A stretch of 40,635 bases of DNA, taken from contig CAZIQJ010000001.1 of the NCBI GenBank assembly GCA_964541285.1, positions 2,888 to 43,522 on the forward strand, given 5' to 3'. The notes beneath the pieces were generated by a model. It saw nothing but the letters and a program-made list of their open reading frames with translations, was not told the DNA's origin and did not search any database. The position numbers were made by a program, and so were the translations under genes. This DNA is from an uncultured bacterium (lineage in GTDB: Bacteria > Omnitrophota > Omnitrophia > Omnitrophales > Aquincolibacteriaceae). How positions within the stretch are numbered: position 1 is the first letter of the stretch; every line of letters begins with the position of its first letter. Positions 35,501 to 35,753 of this stretch are shown piece after piece.

Positions 35501-35753
35501 CGGCCGCAGCCTTGACCAGATGGATGACCGTGACCTTGTCGCGGTGGCGTTTTTGATCCCGAACCTTCTGAAAGCCGCTTCGCTGGTCCGCGGCATCAAG
35601 GCCAATCCCGCGGAACAGGCCCGGCTGCTGAAAACCTACCTGCAGACCCTGCTTCCGGGTGTCAGCAGCAGCGCTCGCGGGTTCCTGATTCAGCTGGGCG
35701 ATTATCTCGACCAGGTGGTTTTGAGCCGCGACCTGATCCAGAGCGCCGCGTAA
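735..35753 (+). CDS. Giant modular protein (11,672 aa); candidate polyprotein of 24 modules joined by RSEMR junction motifs
   Basis: Single open frame of 35,019 nt from ATG 735 to TAA 35751-35753. An in-frame TAA at 726-728 blocks upstream extension. Many recognisable domains all lie in this one frame (see module features). All antisense and alternate-frame ORFs are shorter, none exceeding 820 aa. Confidence 0.9.
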   Translation: MTFRKDFKIIRSVVAALTLTAFMATSVIQPGWAAPASAPETGISLPFYLDLPGELGKVETAVSGKGPVIFHIQTAHGNYEAQLKIREILHYLRDKHNADLLLLEGTSFKPDAGLLQFLEDPALNREVADQLTHKALLKGAELFMMDEPSFPVYGIENLEAYSENGSAFRDVLEQKKTTDVFLKSFDEQINRLTAAFLNKNLKNFLKQSEDYEKGNISFPDYLENLTKQAGEILKLDLQDPASQIDWPMLVRMARLHELENGLDWKTCQKERKEFLEKIRLYRLPGDLYRSLEAALSMELSRTELPNSGTSRLFEEMVTKLPASFPYAKYPQLVRFMAHLMLQSEMRGKDLFRETEELKIKIALKLAVSSEEKRVLQLLERYHLLRKLFALGLTPGEYTRVKRAEKRLEPSEIARQFSELTRKPGVKDVDFSHLAEMDVLFRKGLEFYRGARDRDRWMLENIESRMKAAGKTRAVVITGGFHSGPFKDFFEGRGYSYALMTPAMNTLDGEKEYQEASLQNTPFEFLKSTRESPYPYSLSPALSRQEGVRVDWAADRLVAAETQVLKTAGRLRELPDQANGKAASGNFGIVYNPSPGSDAVVVSAPGLAFKSISVTGVVRRSEMRAGENDYKSLLAGFTSVELKALKAMPDVMSVLAGAKPYASGFMPKKNSNTVLFFEHFKDVLKDTSNAGFVVRVEPKANKYSIYLRSRIQEEFSREEARQLFERYGLLEEYKAIVNQVNGPDTWLSVVQSQDFFAKDSNGVPVEGAFTRKQQIVDLILGVAFGYYLSDVDFSVSQTGREIKLPLRQVRGIYPNLGWLGNPANAAASDALLRSYEQAAREVADFIETKIVRSEMRAGTKAQVLFSILDQLQVSDAGEQTARTRELLEQLEKRLPKDGNWPRWDDEDWKGFGNLRYFAAARGIYQKLSGEKHASLVLLMQMIYDHYSLTSTRGEVSTRERENSLESFYGLIKSKMATVQQAVKKKSTDALPQRPIIIRYPAAGDGSQVMGLAQNIQKEFPGVPFRVDAYDRKVRYYLVEQGVDFAVFDSRGRLAQAGINGELYNDEDLIPAADQEDFKELKKRFQSSIIAVSFSRLNPGLETAQQDLAGKGVELVFDEMEIENDPYAAKSADIILLSNPRYSIKAPEFVEPTLGSASSRGVWSVLWTSHLDSIRSLFKLYGRTLKAPDADGHPGGSLLILQNEEGGDSSRYDVYTRENQELVLKPHLTGVTGNEISGQGFSALVAAYERSGYPHLKRIPIERNAHVLTRKEADALARLSRPVPVRWEDLKIIFTDHSHMLFNPGGKPNRALIAYLEELFEAGAIMVIETGDGSETVVANGIIRSIKSKYRRQIILNSATGAVAYGFDKRGRLDRENPYFNLAESLLSSVEMDRWKGVLKKVFSDYGLGPAVIDKGYGDYEKSFITSKDGINYSLSIDRRLTRMDERQGEAKNQWLMSRGLPPMVPAGKVFDLRTSIQTYLKLELANAKLAGKIDVSLVSTRTLETTIHGINKRAAIYELIRRGIIRQKLQENLNRLLRSVPAEKKAAFQAEFPKDYDARYTEVYGDSFALRGNRMSDAEVALALPGVYKVSFDGGVIPRQWLAPGVVQHPGAGGPDGLRDYLEQKKEKSTSTGKKREQVERRSEMRAWTNEALQKWAESAVSGNLEVTARLQQILDILNNAALSKNKKKEGIAALLREASVADPRRVAHQLAGADPQAFGAPAEIKTPVTPAPVTARRTIPPAPAKTVTSASSPAAAATPEDVMWQRLEKEVGNYSSIENLRTALVIMLEYLKSNGYPYSAVLDNFIDHVRVAQPMPEPYASQGMPFGKEKSRDHAVFLINTRPVNVFSRIQDLRSSRSKLGAAATDFMIENILATLMGEAWGMHFNSPSGEEVRQQRNDLYTRFHPAYTDPSLAGFISLNAVLIEKIAVAEFVPELAERLAKLHYLIWARQKGLFDPVRVASALHANRRDPQVQRMSQLRQSASFVPLIATQGNPVRMLAGEISGLLGQLVNVFFTGFARGQLGTTEAAYGYFAILLQKTGVITEPELERLANRDITGMEARFEAVAARLFPAVDAELRASGIPAEFLNLEEAFRTSGLSARSEMRAEVKPEEDRWSQFHVKLDNTTIRGVSPKMNKVASGEIVVWNPREKMPDISLVRPHDSADQAEIKIANEKSALDTIWEKVREKYAFRDVYHQALLEAETLVADFRTEIRSRREKSEIIVSRFLGDVSLSRPLAEKTREILGVLLEALESREDFLFLTKETSGIPAEKARELLINAYIEKVMIKLYDVILNLPYGFNTDLEPVVKRERALSAQRKEMLEAEIPFIEAEIRRGKTPRLAIESSIARLTTQVNEMTRQVETLEAAVFAEQAEPEEAAQPQGESRQADAVTRLEFARHNLDTAVEQIGYLRSIIAEFDTYNFIYELNDESDVKARRIEQETSKHEEVLRITSAFLPEPELEEPFDSFMRSEILKGRPIAYALSKFFYHNRARIKNSEEFLAFMMRYYDISEYGIPGDKSEKSIIVFAKEIRNESDYNRLMGTLRGHGKVVAIVAPMREGELRIPHWYIFAKKNNIVVVTSANLKKARIQFSDIKPGDEGIVDGKKGFFVVNPDNASRQRFESLGRIYEYLDTYFLSRALLPAIFKDLSVIFSADEIDLAVFRESGTSGSILSRSGARGVKLFRLEEILSADRSRQGIEDDWPRLRDALAEIAAYPFFQNGNELIIRMYDVAEDKSPKFLVEGMRGPSPEWSREDVMKNMTGVRFYLSKDKKYQRFRDFGKRQLKAIFGARLQKGISPTGIKILFSDVRNAKEVFAIEELIEEAKQEFLAEAARSETLRESLSVQTSSEIAGIIDSIPTGYMFEDTLSVENERVDIFRAIADLRAKRPAERFIGIGSNDMTKSINRERMGGEMPLDELNPLLIRDILLIGKEAKKHNVPVALEGEWGGSAAMLMALLVLRHNYGVEIAPVAATSQIPELLEFARTMTWDDLVKPGIQPGPISRAEKSFKTLVELSVYPRGSFFIFRLLYQLFSWLLKIKWLPNSLRNTLEKWQIAFLRKWLPIEELNRSADELLQLFIDRVESSESFKSFKAAKEREAAEAERRALEIKQELERIAAERQTARASLEISGATAGLAASDGIILEDLNDGNFIETRQFTAGKYGLHMLPAALLRQGVEAMQSNNKVQSPVFVVNGREIALNDATGIMMAAVMPGDLVGIRGTGTREQLDAFYALAESIREEDESPSFIAAYNLGTGPAAVVVQTPTQQQAVETTVTRQFITGKYGLHMLPAALLRQGVETMAQEIRAHDVSFVVGERVIALGDALGIMTAAVMPGVEIGIRATGTPAQLEALYALAESIREEDETASFIPAQPMAVSEPAVPSSEPAAAVLETRQFTVGAYGLHMLPAALLRQGVEAMQPGDRVQGPVFVVNGAEIALNNAFGIMTASVMPGTEIGIRATGTPAQLDAFFTLAESIREEDNTPSFIPARSEVRNLEPERIPDAQREPLADAAFTAAEKIHSIKKRVLIYVPGSGRWAAELVSKMWQAMYPAETLHVLAADRAELKEALAAIPAASEGVLLFDDTVVDGRTLSDQAGQLVRSTGISEDKITAATLYAWGEESDDAELREQFGEDFIYGGFINNPGQSPFWHTRRRAAAAGSEAQQALEVRFQKDLPAAFDQLVAQRLKRSEVREKRSSEEQHVILQIINLIEALDARGIRAKVHGRDLLEFGSRGEALVDYVQRYSVLKNIDDIRRVLSWRLDIESRSGLPLNGMDSGKTAEKTRLLFDAIFDQPQFLKRWNDRDAKGAQPLNIVFFKRGQSGSEMTHLLKSLPYVNVQIVLSATDDGLGWFEASRDFQATGIPGAGKVLLDLAQDSVAKDFLTYRIKGDGKSKDELLKDFTALAEKLQSPQLRVNLSDEMSVVFQKAMRLEVDKRRKFALYLDRFLKEIRKKKAEKADYTFILKDIPLRSLALLGAAFVYRDGGSENEWQSSVDEIGSLLGVKKGNRVILPTRERQHLVAVREDGTIYFSETGINQHETDSPFLGLWLVNATVDEAFIEKFKAALAEKSVALENLPEGAVSSKLARSNRAEVYATTRKVSAEDAVKAAAVLAKISSTSPDAEKAITVTSEAAQALAQADVTFYTTAFLETNVGASLIVPGMKEAVAGNKKAAKIVLVETPASSAVNHSMDALERVHRYLGGMRTGKGDLSGIDSEVDFVLAGLTGRQTASTDFFSEVERPVNGAVSVASINAGASDAFGFYGSPSVVEAMVALTGIKRAGFRISDTQGLMPDAKALDLVSRPTNQAGLFRKNESVQALIRDIKLNFARIVRSGAFAFDVDMTLLPKNADALTDYPELAYLLMRLMREGVKVSIISGNSFEEQGARILDAIKKQMKDDLSALQNLVFFVNGGATRFNVGVNGEIISDRAYNLAHQLDRSKLGPALQTVLRGMGSRNFGLNEGELAKFIEEVKAKNPKLNLQFPWKDGGNWEPEWLTPAQLKNKKETGEPVSFPWLEMRGDFTGATEDLWIPASVTVKPMQVFEFEGRNYDLRNEFQALLRAELGADAALFVIRSGGTSSTDITSSGANKNAALENLILTEQLDPEWVFYFGDEFYRRMVSAAGGQVIQLGNDEAIALDQKLAGVRTLAVNSSDMKGAQAKTLWIGRTPQAALEFLEAVLITRAETESRYARSEMRTDARLGELGAISKRLYRNRIVEADFSRVDQIIREIFGRTKTTPGGLAVLETAGNAAFHKIYMDAAREIREKASSSDEAAADLQVYFAALEIIQDYFNSQAHRPEKPRDRKVNYRKTLAVLQVMAQAMPEDLKTRVQIATAYFHLDELRKAEVLLLPIMNLEGDIVVRRSARVTMGYLKQKAAWRRYQGILKQTKPSRRELEGVIALSEEAASYFRLVIAEYQRNQTYKAQAARAYSGFSSAERFLQQAYLKMGQIETSASARARFYLESFEHGANALEAAARALAAGAGKQDSERHSLQFYQAALQNIAGEAGAGTSAAGEIVRLGAGDWGEAERTRLKAAIDLITGLLQGRLPNGLVYSQPAQGDREALILDLAARMREDLEAAELIRGPVVKTAGELAGTSYTDLAALKNDVLEMTELDRAAIAVKLKHASEADERIARYSGAAFDGLGLDRKDLFILRYAFENFSGGQLPSSPSVSDLADIAGYAEIGYGESISAEEILERLQAGRYGFAGWKWKQPETEYSSAAAVEDAREKRRELVVFDNDHINAYAVSDARALRSMRDLSLRTRVWMRPERSAVIDALAGQIDKDIQEFSRIQSLIETDRAARRQRVSEGRLDPSRVRNLLQDLTELRSGTASREGYASRLKRLETLIANDSAFIETYISKGFRQSRPEGFRLSQLEDEAVERGKQRVEGRLAALGYAGLELPFDFQGAGAGYGMVRLESYIQLLREMNKKYPFSWLSADIAMLGQLASELSGILDPENPEAYSFEAYFRIMESATEILLRNALFVERNRPQLEDIYGSLEKVRVLVIRLEDAAVKMRDDDWTAQAVQARRRYEAFSSQIANIPRRYNHWDKISRRQQVLKKIHGLETEVSESVIRYEDRRRARMAELTSKAEGLVAQTLAAVEEKLRRRNESLPMGLDKKQVRDFRAEAGKVSAGKFVAAYYNDHEDVRKIVTAIEGDLQRVGESLAANVDSLKPAGTDFQRAVRQISADVEAGRWKELHDAAQAIVRNSYDQENIFINVIRGGNIDSHSEEFQMLDRSLTRTLQVLEGEASGLDADSVRALKEFSGSMLAYLTIVSWPSKKFKVSEETIRFFLGSRNVWESVLWYGLMEMMDETAGLMKTTARREAFTDNLDAVWIFALLMFAGDGADDFAGNETLEYTVSMEQMLEITMNSIETDRNPVEDAWRLLRSFDITPENLLQIKIDFLLGRVQARHNLAGLRNWIYDSVEAKARSKAIAVVPQRFNPLSVSAHSSFVESNKVDEKYPLWLPPVTERRELLEDLVLILSGQDKDSAANVRLQGFARARPHDLKRVLAEIREPDFTDERFRSKRDAAIEYLEKLLKRSEMRAVEVKERRAFSDYTHPLLAASYSADGRYIVTGDSGGAFQVRDSSSGIVLAKYTVHPGGKVQTVAFSPKGTKLLGADGKGNLFLWDTASGSTPISFASTRSLSNSLAFAPNGEYVYSGLNNGVVMAYDFRGTSHNYNLLPPKTEPLNVVTVSSDSTMVAAGGQQGTLSVWVDKPGNHDRIAYIEQADKEIGAIAFSPDGKTLVWGGKNSSLSFGDLTAQNFKASITKTLVPNPSRASRINALVFSNDGEYFISGHENGDIRLWNSKTRAVVYTLNSAHAGPVRALSFSPAGDYFASAGADKKLAIWEIPFDADKAASQYLSGVQGSGGFARKYEPYRLKPEVPAFISMMPSAQDGSVELRVHDLTTKTILASKPFSVFQDTGSVSIKEWRTAGRLAEAEAGRGEAGVRIREFPLDSGQYVKYPDPHYSSSGKWTVELEKQPESVIKGREETLTERLIFKTNGTEGFLNFPRQMTGRGNETWVHVTSAGKIYILQSSFYTKAASLWQFDLPAHLSGPKKGTGLFRSVDLGANGEKSLSGLTEHNGVLYSFDRKAEELIPVTAAARSEMRSSAPLSARLNEGDIASIEEALKTLPLARDFRVEFAGRVPQGTQVFRAAADVILPLLEKLDPSLARKSRTTLDGSGDAKRGNWSFYYADGTLFVVNAMTEYGVPHPERPWQEPSTKETGHRLFVRTVNDGRDMQNLLAEGKTPEQFAASLNSISRTFLGIKEGKESPLSIDLAEGKLRFTLKLERASETPRTMVIDSIDPENPAAFSGIYLVYLLLASLERRPLAAAENIAGLPFRLSLKARISLLALTIIAAALVGLGSYLLFFHKAEKPAEGSGARQIEIKIKAEKGEFEAFKEFKPEDLSFLDPKGIVITPGPHEVIRGENPDKNFKIVLRPGLPTADIMIHPSRREGFDFDGQFNIALGLEAAGGPAERAGRAMVFLQTENENGEKTETLYPLMLSQTPQRFRLDYGRGEKKSPRVTLIRIQLAPDADPQGSVIGIQLQGGMEFGVMARSEMRAPEWRVARISAAKTAETLIRFLDREEFRNLGIYAASGEGWVPSAGGDVKGLTISFPQNLRADRIPRSYGLWYTAGETGRRWTVYSQDARPEAQSMPPDAIMGEEDLATVQPESTGYEFANGYINILSDDRTNIFGSSYSSDHLWGSLITISFDTRRNQLVGIVEDGLFDFIMEQLRGLPAVAARVQADQFLLKESEAVRLKREDENNLPGVQVVPGDTPVVEFSRQGSVLNVAIGDERFNGEKVDDLETWLIRGIPGYTMDVIATRSQNALSIGIPGAAKRALLSMDGEPVDIAETLRQALVPNTEKRSEMRTRITAEDFNAASLKPLLGKKVLVRYMDHEGEHSETGILAGVGREEGLVVIRLRGEDGETRLPVRLAPPYQGKNRFISIEEALDVPAPVTATARSRRAEPVPFYKRPLVLGGLIGGLLLIVVLAVALLIPSGQKTAPPKEEPVIERPVETRPVDKGEVKDGRAPPRDGEKVQPKDKEQTKDKDKEKPKDKDKEEVKQPEPKGATANLLARVRWSEYNGGGLEEDRKDADFKLEKLSDWILGSVDPIDLSKYKAVRVTYTGEGSVKMEFKRENTHVVKDRLTLKLPDSKGEKKEIWVPIPKDGLDENPSASLFGFVQASGKAVIHDVRLFEELPEKTVPKDKETPKDKEMPKDKGTPKDKEKPKEPEKKEPPKVDPKLIISDEDRVKALPGAAEKTRQANMKMLSLFMAEGRGLQRLNGFPGRPLLTMDRIDAQGVPFNMAARFDARYTQPMLSGMQAHAIALQLTGKAPKTVTDPLTELEAQATLLAAMHKTYGGPVWLGRDPNNGGMKLDRGGKVGYEDLVAYDAHLIGAVDQILAYSDKAGPAAKKRAVALAKSLYERVKEDDALYEKLYDKDKGLFWGDIDVPKKTPIKDRHADRIRTNETRSFSALRIALLVAQKKVPESVWTDTPFYIEDKDGNSAIVYWRSAFHAGYPNTLPIENRYDPYVKLNANAGLLFANAAKETKNKTFFPTPTYVKGGEYKDKFGLKALAESADVEEDVASPIIAYTFTDLETLEFLAKEIPKLKLGNARLGGLPFASQTATVHPADQILPALIAQARWGTTLNRFIKEEALHGVVDGDKPDDGLQEIIDLLYLDPARRGWRTLQGGKVDEVKSKRSEMRVAEGEKEAPLSDTLMAFREGPFAYWLDISVENVSRSADEPKYFFFVRPRFSAYTTAITGGPSISAPVQFPVEKFLIRARNKKEAEKIFKAMRVVVLAGISDKWEAPFGKEYQALLTSLRREYADEWSLNQALTAFAWTALLSVVFAAGYAYLRETGISRDRQELAKFSKASEVMNTQPDLALSDLGSLLDSENPAMRIAAAVRFKDYRGMNVPRALQFLRTRLIKERDPEVILKLNEAISRLQTLLPKRSEMRAQEDYLRLDPAIYILGDPVINALKTAAPGAARGLVGFGADSEDFRAVRTALQSAGYVEVLYPQPAGTVILMSEDVLRRTTGPQRDYLFLSSAFYAATNELTSDQRANVLQLTKDLFARLAPHVRSGLTNASEIIPTIQLAIQMGVPMLVRQGQVGAAAFMAESGAVLNSLIRSWTERYTRYQQEWEKFKKRSEMRSPENIWINSFPAASQNEPPVAVRDQAMTDYGNIMKNVRFTPLVLAQRLSALSGKTVFVKDESKQYSGSFKARGVYWEVYSAIRKLLQGTDRLDVLRGGFKIVTQSTGNHGIATIRSTTGIVKTLRKKFAASDPELAELLLNIEPVIFTVAGLPDVKRAAMLAALNDYRSYTGKPESGKVDASFPDYESALKARVAFMKAQGPQAAYISHGGPTIIFGHGSAGIEIARQLEAAGVGADKKVVLIVPVGAGGPIGIAAGLRLARFKNTTAVMVQSDRWDAFVRSLKTGTPQKNIQPVEPTVRIRGEGQEISIIFPDGIAVDGPEPEAVAFAKDHLDAAVAVDEKAAYDRSGPLLLADLGGETDPEARVGGTSALTAEALLSYGDQIPAIRDADAVVLFATEGNVAEAVNAHLRERMGDLAAIERSYVKRSEIRELTDADISKKTLNEHFPKTEKSKSDEIVLEVNADENDANLNDIRVFIVRSLMASPYGDEYHHFLFVVDKTTGQVGAKATLSYREKDRAYEVLAPDLKAVIPQKAYMRRGIMLLLKSGALDTWYSANYRSPEAREMYRSIGMSGDYSVREVPGYGDDVLVSATLAAGAKKAGTFTRHGVMRSEMRASRDGVKYGIEYLRNAIAALHPAAGADSAELTRRKNAILPLIRIFQQRAAGMGDQEIISRGAELYLTTRYLFREKAYQDALSNSGELTEAVAEAALDVLAADDIESKSLLFGLRMIGSLGWAAWQRTAAAMTGDVPWREKAPAELAKRIVPYMLHEDEEVQEMAAFALTQIPGGAEALLSYAASLPKPESAEKELSDLKNDSPGVSASDRAVENILLFTRSGWLSILPELITIAGQPTSGMVGGNVESLLMRFGSMTFPYYMQPGSNFKIVSIIRTGPSAYATHLPALTDALKEEPRYLLQYPFSDFWAMSSLQMTGPVGETVLVPYLTEAIKQLPALNAYDQRFNSLIQSLGPAAAGMVQPLLDIVTRRPAPQTPDYDALKRSAAMALGNIGPDAEILVPGIEAILRSQARTEPALSMAEVLVAAANKIEARSEMRVDYQDLERLIQTGTAVEIPFAAGRYNPDRDLKKGDILRFPNGDLAVVNDVTEGGLTPSVYHGLSIYSSKSSQVDIIWTDGQFSRDIPQDFGNILNGLPNYISLSSAQYKVYRAPSQAADFISDRSNEDADLPYFAVSSEKRSEMRNVEIAAGPAEDEIVINGQTVKLDPRAGKAALAMNEALRPLGVTAAGMESEKPFVRFFTGNQSVTIADGYNVTIVAQALKTAMDAVLAPQVFDAQTIGGDKGVAVVGNVRASRQLPRPLMRVLNLNLASAPETAGKPFGATLVNEEGEKAAVLYGGKHIDVPADRESILAGVEEILEAAGHTVDRRSEMRTEYQVPDEEVRSLLDLTKGFFRRDPNLKFKINDNPLEWDRPSTMEVSGNVIPQYSNKVLVEIGGGEIRFVKDGIEAGPPTLENALGPRMALLSHYFEMWLSGFTAQTFAQHEQEIFEILTHLTGAFKISDEFTAEDPSDRSVYRYKGLLFFAARGAVVTISPASGDVFGGTLPGIIREVTFEELQAKSRSEMRTLEKIDFAAATREQIDGRVREAGVKAGKQKLVAGKLEALQKAGGIKSADDMRTVLAANSMLGSSPAVEKLIAFFEFKPAALPAPAVEETAAVSGAAAIPLRKMYPANLTGARSLISDTLDWLEAEQMTAFPGDAARAADGTVQWKRMADAFRKHLAGSVEFNTDGLMFFKEYKTGDDILLQVNAGILMGWFRMIQQLSAGNPEAAQTLFVFLIAALVVREVEGANAMVKDSEADKLMYERYRGLFLEGLKAWTGGNYASNDAHYHQYLLDHAAEIDEMVAPSIAGEMFEVEKMKAFLGYMQARGLYDPSKLYSSIAQVPGSTLAMRGTVNYLGLLVRSSRHDVLIRDLHQYTTLAINEKRRQNGALIVPSHELLMHFMWLSKARGELDLDQFGAYIRNPGIYAATPEHPVFRVFERPAARIAHHVDALMSRRESLRSEVRDSDVDFDEFRTAAVKVLEKMDAAYNELHDKAFAVSDPAGQLVKLEDLLLRDDFAAYLEHRETILKLRRLYSAGAFSYGDERNNQRPELELLQTFSKEALGLPDIKDKKAAAERAARGSFDFYVYHLLSLLAFSAYAEWRQSTAADRDETARKNMAEVESLLKSFRGKSVQGFDTDPLLSLHLLSSYLSFDEPEYFQLEAFARALGEQALERWDEYTLRTIGRHLRGVFYVRYRTVEHRHRNSLDYSLLVPALGRELDRYQKARTSGNEVSRLRRAQNILEGLSGDPAFTVSSGVLARFKSDGGAPWHKDWNRRVYPSDDPASLLAYGQALRRERGFLFGDMRVLKPVPGGYSPLGRPDVYSMELLKYIVLASILSPGYEKMTFGDLLEGDKPSASEADSLKVSWNREIDMRGKKYSIDRFPEEALRYYSPRRAQEEYESVRSALANSDTFADEEGSEDVVRSEMRTPEDTGKEASGPALAQSRQFLMSVGDQILVRLSDQPFESTGRPPYLLLDYRVAKAASSGSTKIKIWFPIRSYTAQREGSSKYLDPKKYIVISGSDNVFVVQPRAPELLKDARVIEVTVADIGGKKLQVYVRSKTKDMPTEIVSAADRILTEKMLPNETGEQALPQPEKLVFGDFTLQSLDEKGSYERRFVRGEDGLFRPFEVRSEHRRISPEKAREMLARTATPGFKRYFELRRQMLPEEFEQLSAQQLIVILTRLLERPVYSERAGILPEAADSAVEKKIGTGRVAASPAHAAWMQGVASIKGRVLLDYNEMLGIARRNPRMFFILLKAFRQYEDSLGVHQPLMAMAGEGDRKALLRELGQVLLNQKNREMFSSEERAELENQILPQLDNFIFILSPEKIPGYLEANEYGVATLRFSGNGLLSQLPLGAEFLIDGRSLDQMDDRDLVAVAFLIPNLLKAASLVRGIKANPAEQARLLKTYLQTLLPGVSSSARGFLIQLGDYLDQVVLSRDLIQSAA
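2589..3284 (+). other. Module 1 (aa 619-850): no recognisable family
   Basis: Bounded by RSEMR at 2589 and 3285. 232 aa, mixed alpha/beta-looking sequence. Confidence 0.5.
3285..5654 (+). other. Module 2 (aa 851-1640): class-I methyltransferase-like region, then HAD-IIB-like region with non-canonical motif I
   Basis: IIIRYPAAGDGSQ (motif I-like), VDAYDRK, ADIILLSNPRYS (NPPY-like). Then IIFTDHSHML (DxDxT degraded to DxSxM), ETGDGSE and EVYGDSF. Confidence 0.3.
5655..7037 (+). other. Module 3 (aa 1641-2101): orphan, with Pro/Ala-rich linker
   Basis: Bounded by RSEMR at 5655 and 7038. The linker TPVTPAPVTARRTIPPAPAKTVTSASSPAAAATPE separates a short helical head from a domain of about 330 aa. 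Confidence 0.5.
8301..9707 (+). other. PTS Enzyme I (PtsI)/PEP-utilising-enzyme-like domain: phospho-His swivel plus TIM barrel
   Basis: Aligns by eye to E. coli EI. ELRIPHWYIFAKKNNIVVV vs [20 protein letters not shown] (His codon 8430-8432). GVKLFRLEEILSADR vs GVGLYRTEFLFMDR. LIIRMYDVAEDK vs VIVRTMDIGGDK. IPTGYMFEDT vs IEIGVMVETP. FIGIGSNDMTKS vs FFSIGTNDLTQY. VALEGEWGG vs TGMCGELAG, where the catalytic Cys position is Glu (codon 9561-9563). Confidence 0.65.
10191..10475 (+). repeat. HPr-like domain, tandem copy 1
   Basis: ETRQFTAGKYGLHMLPAALLRQGVEAM...GIMMAAVMPGDLVGIRGTGTREQLDAFYALAESIREED. GLHxxPA matches the HPr GLHARPA active-site loop (His codon 10227-10229). Confidence 0.7.
10554..10838 (+). 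repeat. HPr-like domain, tandem copy 2
   Basis: VTRQFITGKYGLHMLPAALLRQGVETM...GIMTAAVMPGVEIGIRATGTPAQLEALYALAESIREED. Starts 363 nt after copy 1. Confidence 0.7.
10905..11189 (+). repeat. HPr-like domain, tandem copy 3
   Basis: ETRQFTVGAYGLHMLPAALLRQGVEAM...GIMTASVMPGTEIGIRATGTPAQLDAFFTLAESIREED. Starts 351 nt after copy 2. The copies differ at many synonymous sites. Confidence 0.7.
11196..11792 (+). other. Module 5 (aa 3488-3686): type-I phosphoribosyltransferase-like domain
   Basis: PRPP-loop signature VLLFDDTVVDGRT (11463-11501), preceded by a KRVLIYVPGSGRWAAELV Rossmann-like strand and helix. Bounded on both sides by the RSEVR variant. Confidence 0.6.
12162..13335 (+). other. CofD/YvcK-family-like (2-phospho-L-lactate transferase / gluconeogenesis-factor fold) domain
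   Basis: LNIVFFKRGQSGSEMTHLLKSLPYVNVQIVLSATDDGLGW resembles the GGGTG...IVtvaDdGGS N-terminal signature. Later elements are RVILPTRERQHLVAVREDGTIYFSETGI and ADVTFYTTAFLETNVGASLIVPGMKEAV...AKIVLV. Confidence 0.45.
13728..14640 (+). other. HAD-IIB-type phosphatase-like domain with canonical catalytic motif
   Basis: Motif I FAFDVDMTLLP (DxDxT intact), motif II VSIISGNS, SGANKNAALENL (Lys motif), motif IV FYFGDEF...LGNDEA. Confidence 0.6.
14799..18860 (+). other. Module 7 (aa 4689-6042): large, predominantly helical (TPR/solenoid-like) orphan
   Basis: 1354 aa, rich in A/L/E/R. Helical-repeat-looking segments such as TRVQIATAYFHLDELRKAEVLL. No catalytic signature recognised. Confidence 0.3.
18861..20561 (+). 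other. Module 8 (aa 6043-6609): WD40 beta-propeller plus C-terminal beta-rich domain
   Basis: Repeated blades at about 18897-19800: ASYSADGRYIVTGDSGGAFQVRD, VAFSPKGTKLLGADGKGNLFLWD, LAFAPNGEYVYSGLNNGVVMAYD, IAFSPDGKTLVWGG, LVFSNDGEYFISGHENGDIRLWN, LSFSPAGDYFASAGADKKLAIWE. Confidence 0.8.
20562..21929 (+). other. Module 9 (aa 6610-7065): orphan domain, single TM helix, beta-rich ectodomain
   Basis: TM helix ISLLALTIIAAALVGLGSYLLFF at 21300-21368. The downstream segment (IEIKIKAEKGEFEAF...VTLIRIQL...VIGIQLQGG) looks like a beta-sandwich. Confidence 0.5.
21930..22865 (+). other. Module 10 (aa 7066-7377): orphan
   Basis: Bounded by RSEMR at 21930 and 22866. 312 aa, no family recognised. Confidence 0.5.
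23394..23480 (+). repeat. Low-complexity K/D/P/E-rich linker 1
   Basis: PKDKEQTKDKDKEKPKDKDKEEVKQPEPK, built from AAR/GAY/CCN codon repeats. Confidence 0.9.
23889..23996 (+). repeat. Tandem 18-nt (6-aa) repeat linker 2
   Basis: PKDKET / PKDKEM / PKDKGT / PKDKEK / PKEPEK / KEPPKV. About six imperfect units of 18 nt, in frame. Confidence 0.9.
25386..26144 (+). other. Module 12 (aa 8218-8470): orphan head, single TM helix, HEAT-like tail
   Basis: TM helix LTAFAWTALLSVVFAAGYAYL at 25794-25856. The tail ENPAMRIAAAVRFKDYRG...RDPEVILKLNEAISRL resembles HEAT/PBS-lyase repeats. Confidence 0.45.
26145..26729 (+). other. Module 13 (aa 8471-8665): orphan
   Basis: Bounded by RSEMR at 26145 and 26730. 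195 aa. Confidence 0.5.
26730..28022 (+). other. Module 14 (aa 8666-9096): PLP-dependent fold-type-II enzyme (threonine/serine dehydratase or Trp-synthase-beta family)
   Basis: VFVKDESKQYSGSFKARGVYWEV (PLP Lys codon 26952-26954), VTQSTGNHGIA, Gly-rich phosphate loop VPVGAGGPIGIAAG. Confidence 0.8.
28023..28574 (+). other. Module 15 (aa 9097-9280): possible GNAT-type acetyltransferase
   Basis: VIPQKAYMRRGIMLLLKSGAL (motif A-like R-x-x-G) followed by YSANYRSPEAREMYRSIGM (motif B-like). Begins with the RSEIR variant. Confidence 0.35.
28575..29885 (+). other. Module 16 (aa 9281-9717): HEAT/ARM-like helical repeats
   Basis: HEDEEVQEMAAFALTQIPGG, ALKRSAAMALGNIGPDAEILVPGIEAIL and other roughly 30-40 aa helical hairpin repeats. 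Confidence 0.5.
29886..30320 (+). other. Module 17 (aa 9718-9862): orphan, 145 aa
   Basis: Bounded by RSEMR at 29886 and 30321. Confidence 0.5.
30321..30887 (+). other. Module 18 (aa 9863-10051): orphan, 189 aa
   Basis: Bounded by RSEMR at 30321 and 30888. Confidence 0.5.
30888..31466 (+). other. Module 19 (aa 10052-10244): orphan, 193 aa
   Basis: Bounded by RSEMR at 30888 and 31467. Confidence 0.5.
31467..32786 (+). other. Module 20 (aa 10245-10684): orphan, 440 aa
   Basis: Bounded by RSEMR at 31467 and RSEVR at 32787. Confidence 0.5.
32787..34181 (+). other. Module 21 (aa 10685-11149): orphan, helical, 465 aa
   Basis: Bounded by RSEVR at 32787 and RSEMR at 34182. Confidence 0.5.
34182..34802 (+). 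other. Module 22 (aa 11150-11356): orphan, beta-rich, 207 aa
   Basis: Bounded by RSEMR at 34182 and RSEHR at 34803. Confidence 0.5.
34803..35750 (+). other. Module 23 (aa 11357-11672): orphan C-terminal module, 316 aa
   Basis: Begins with the RSEHR variant at 34803 and ends at the stop codon. Confidence 0.45.
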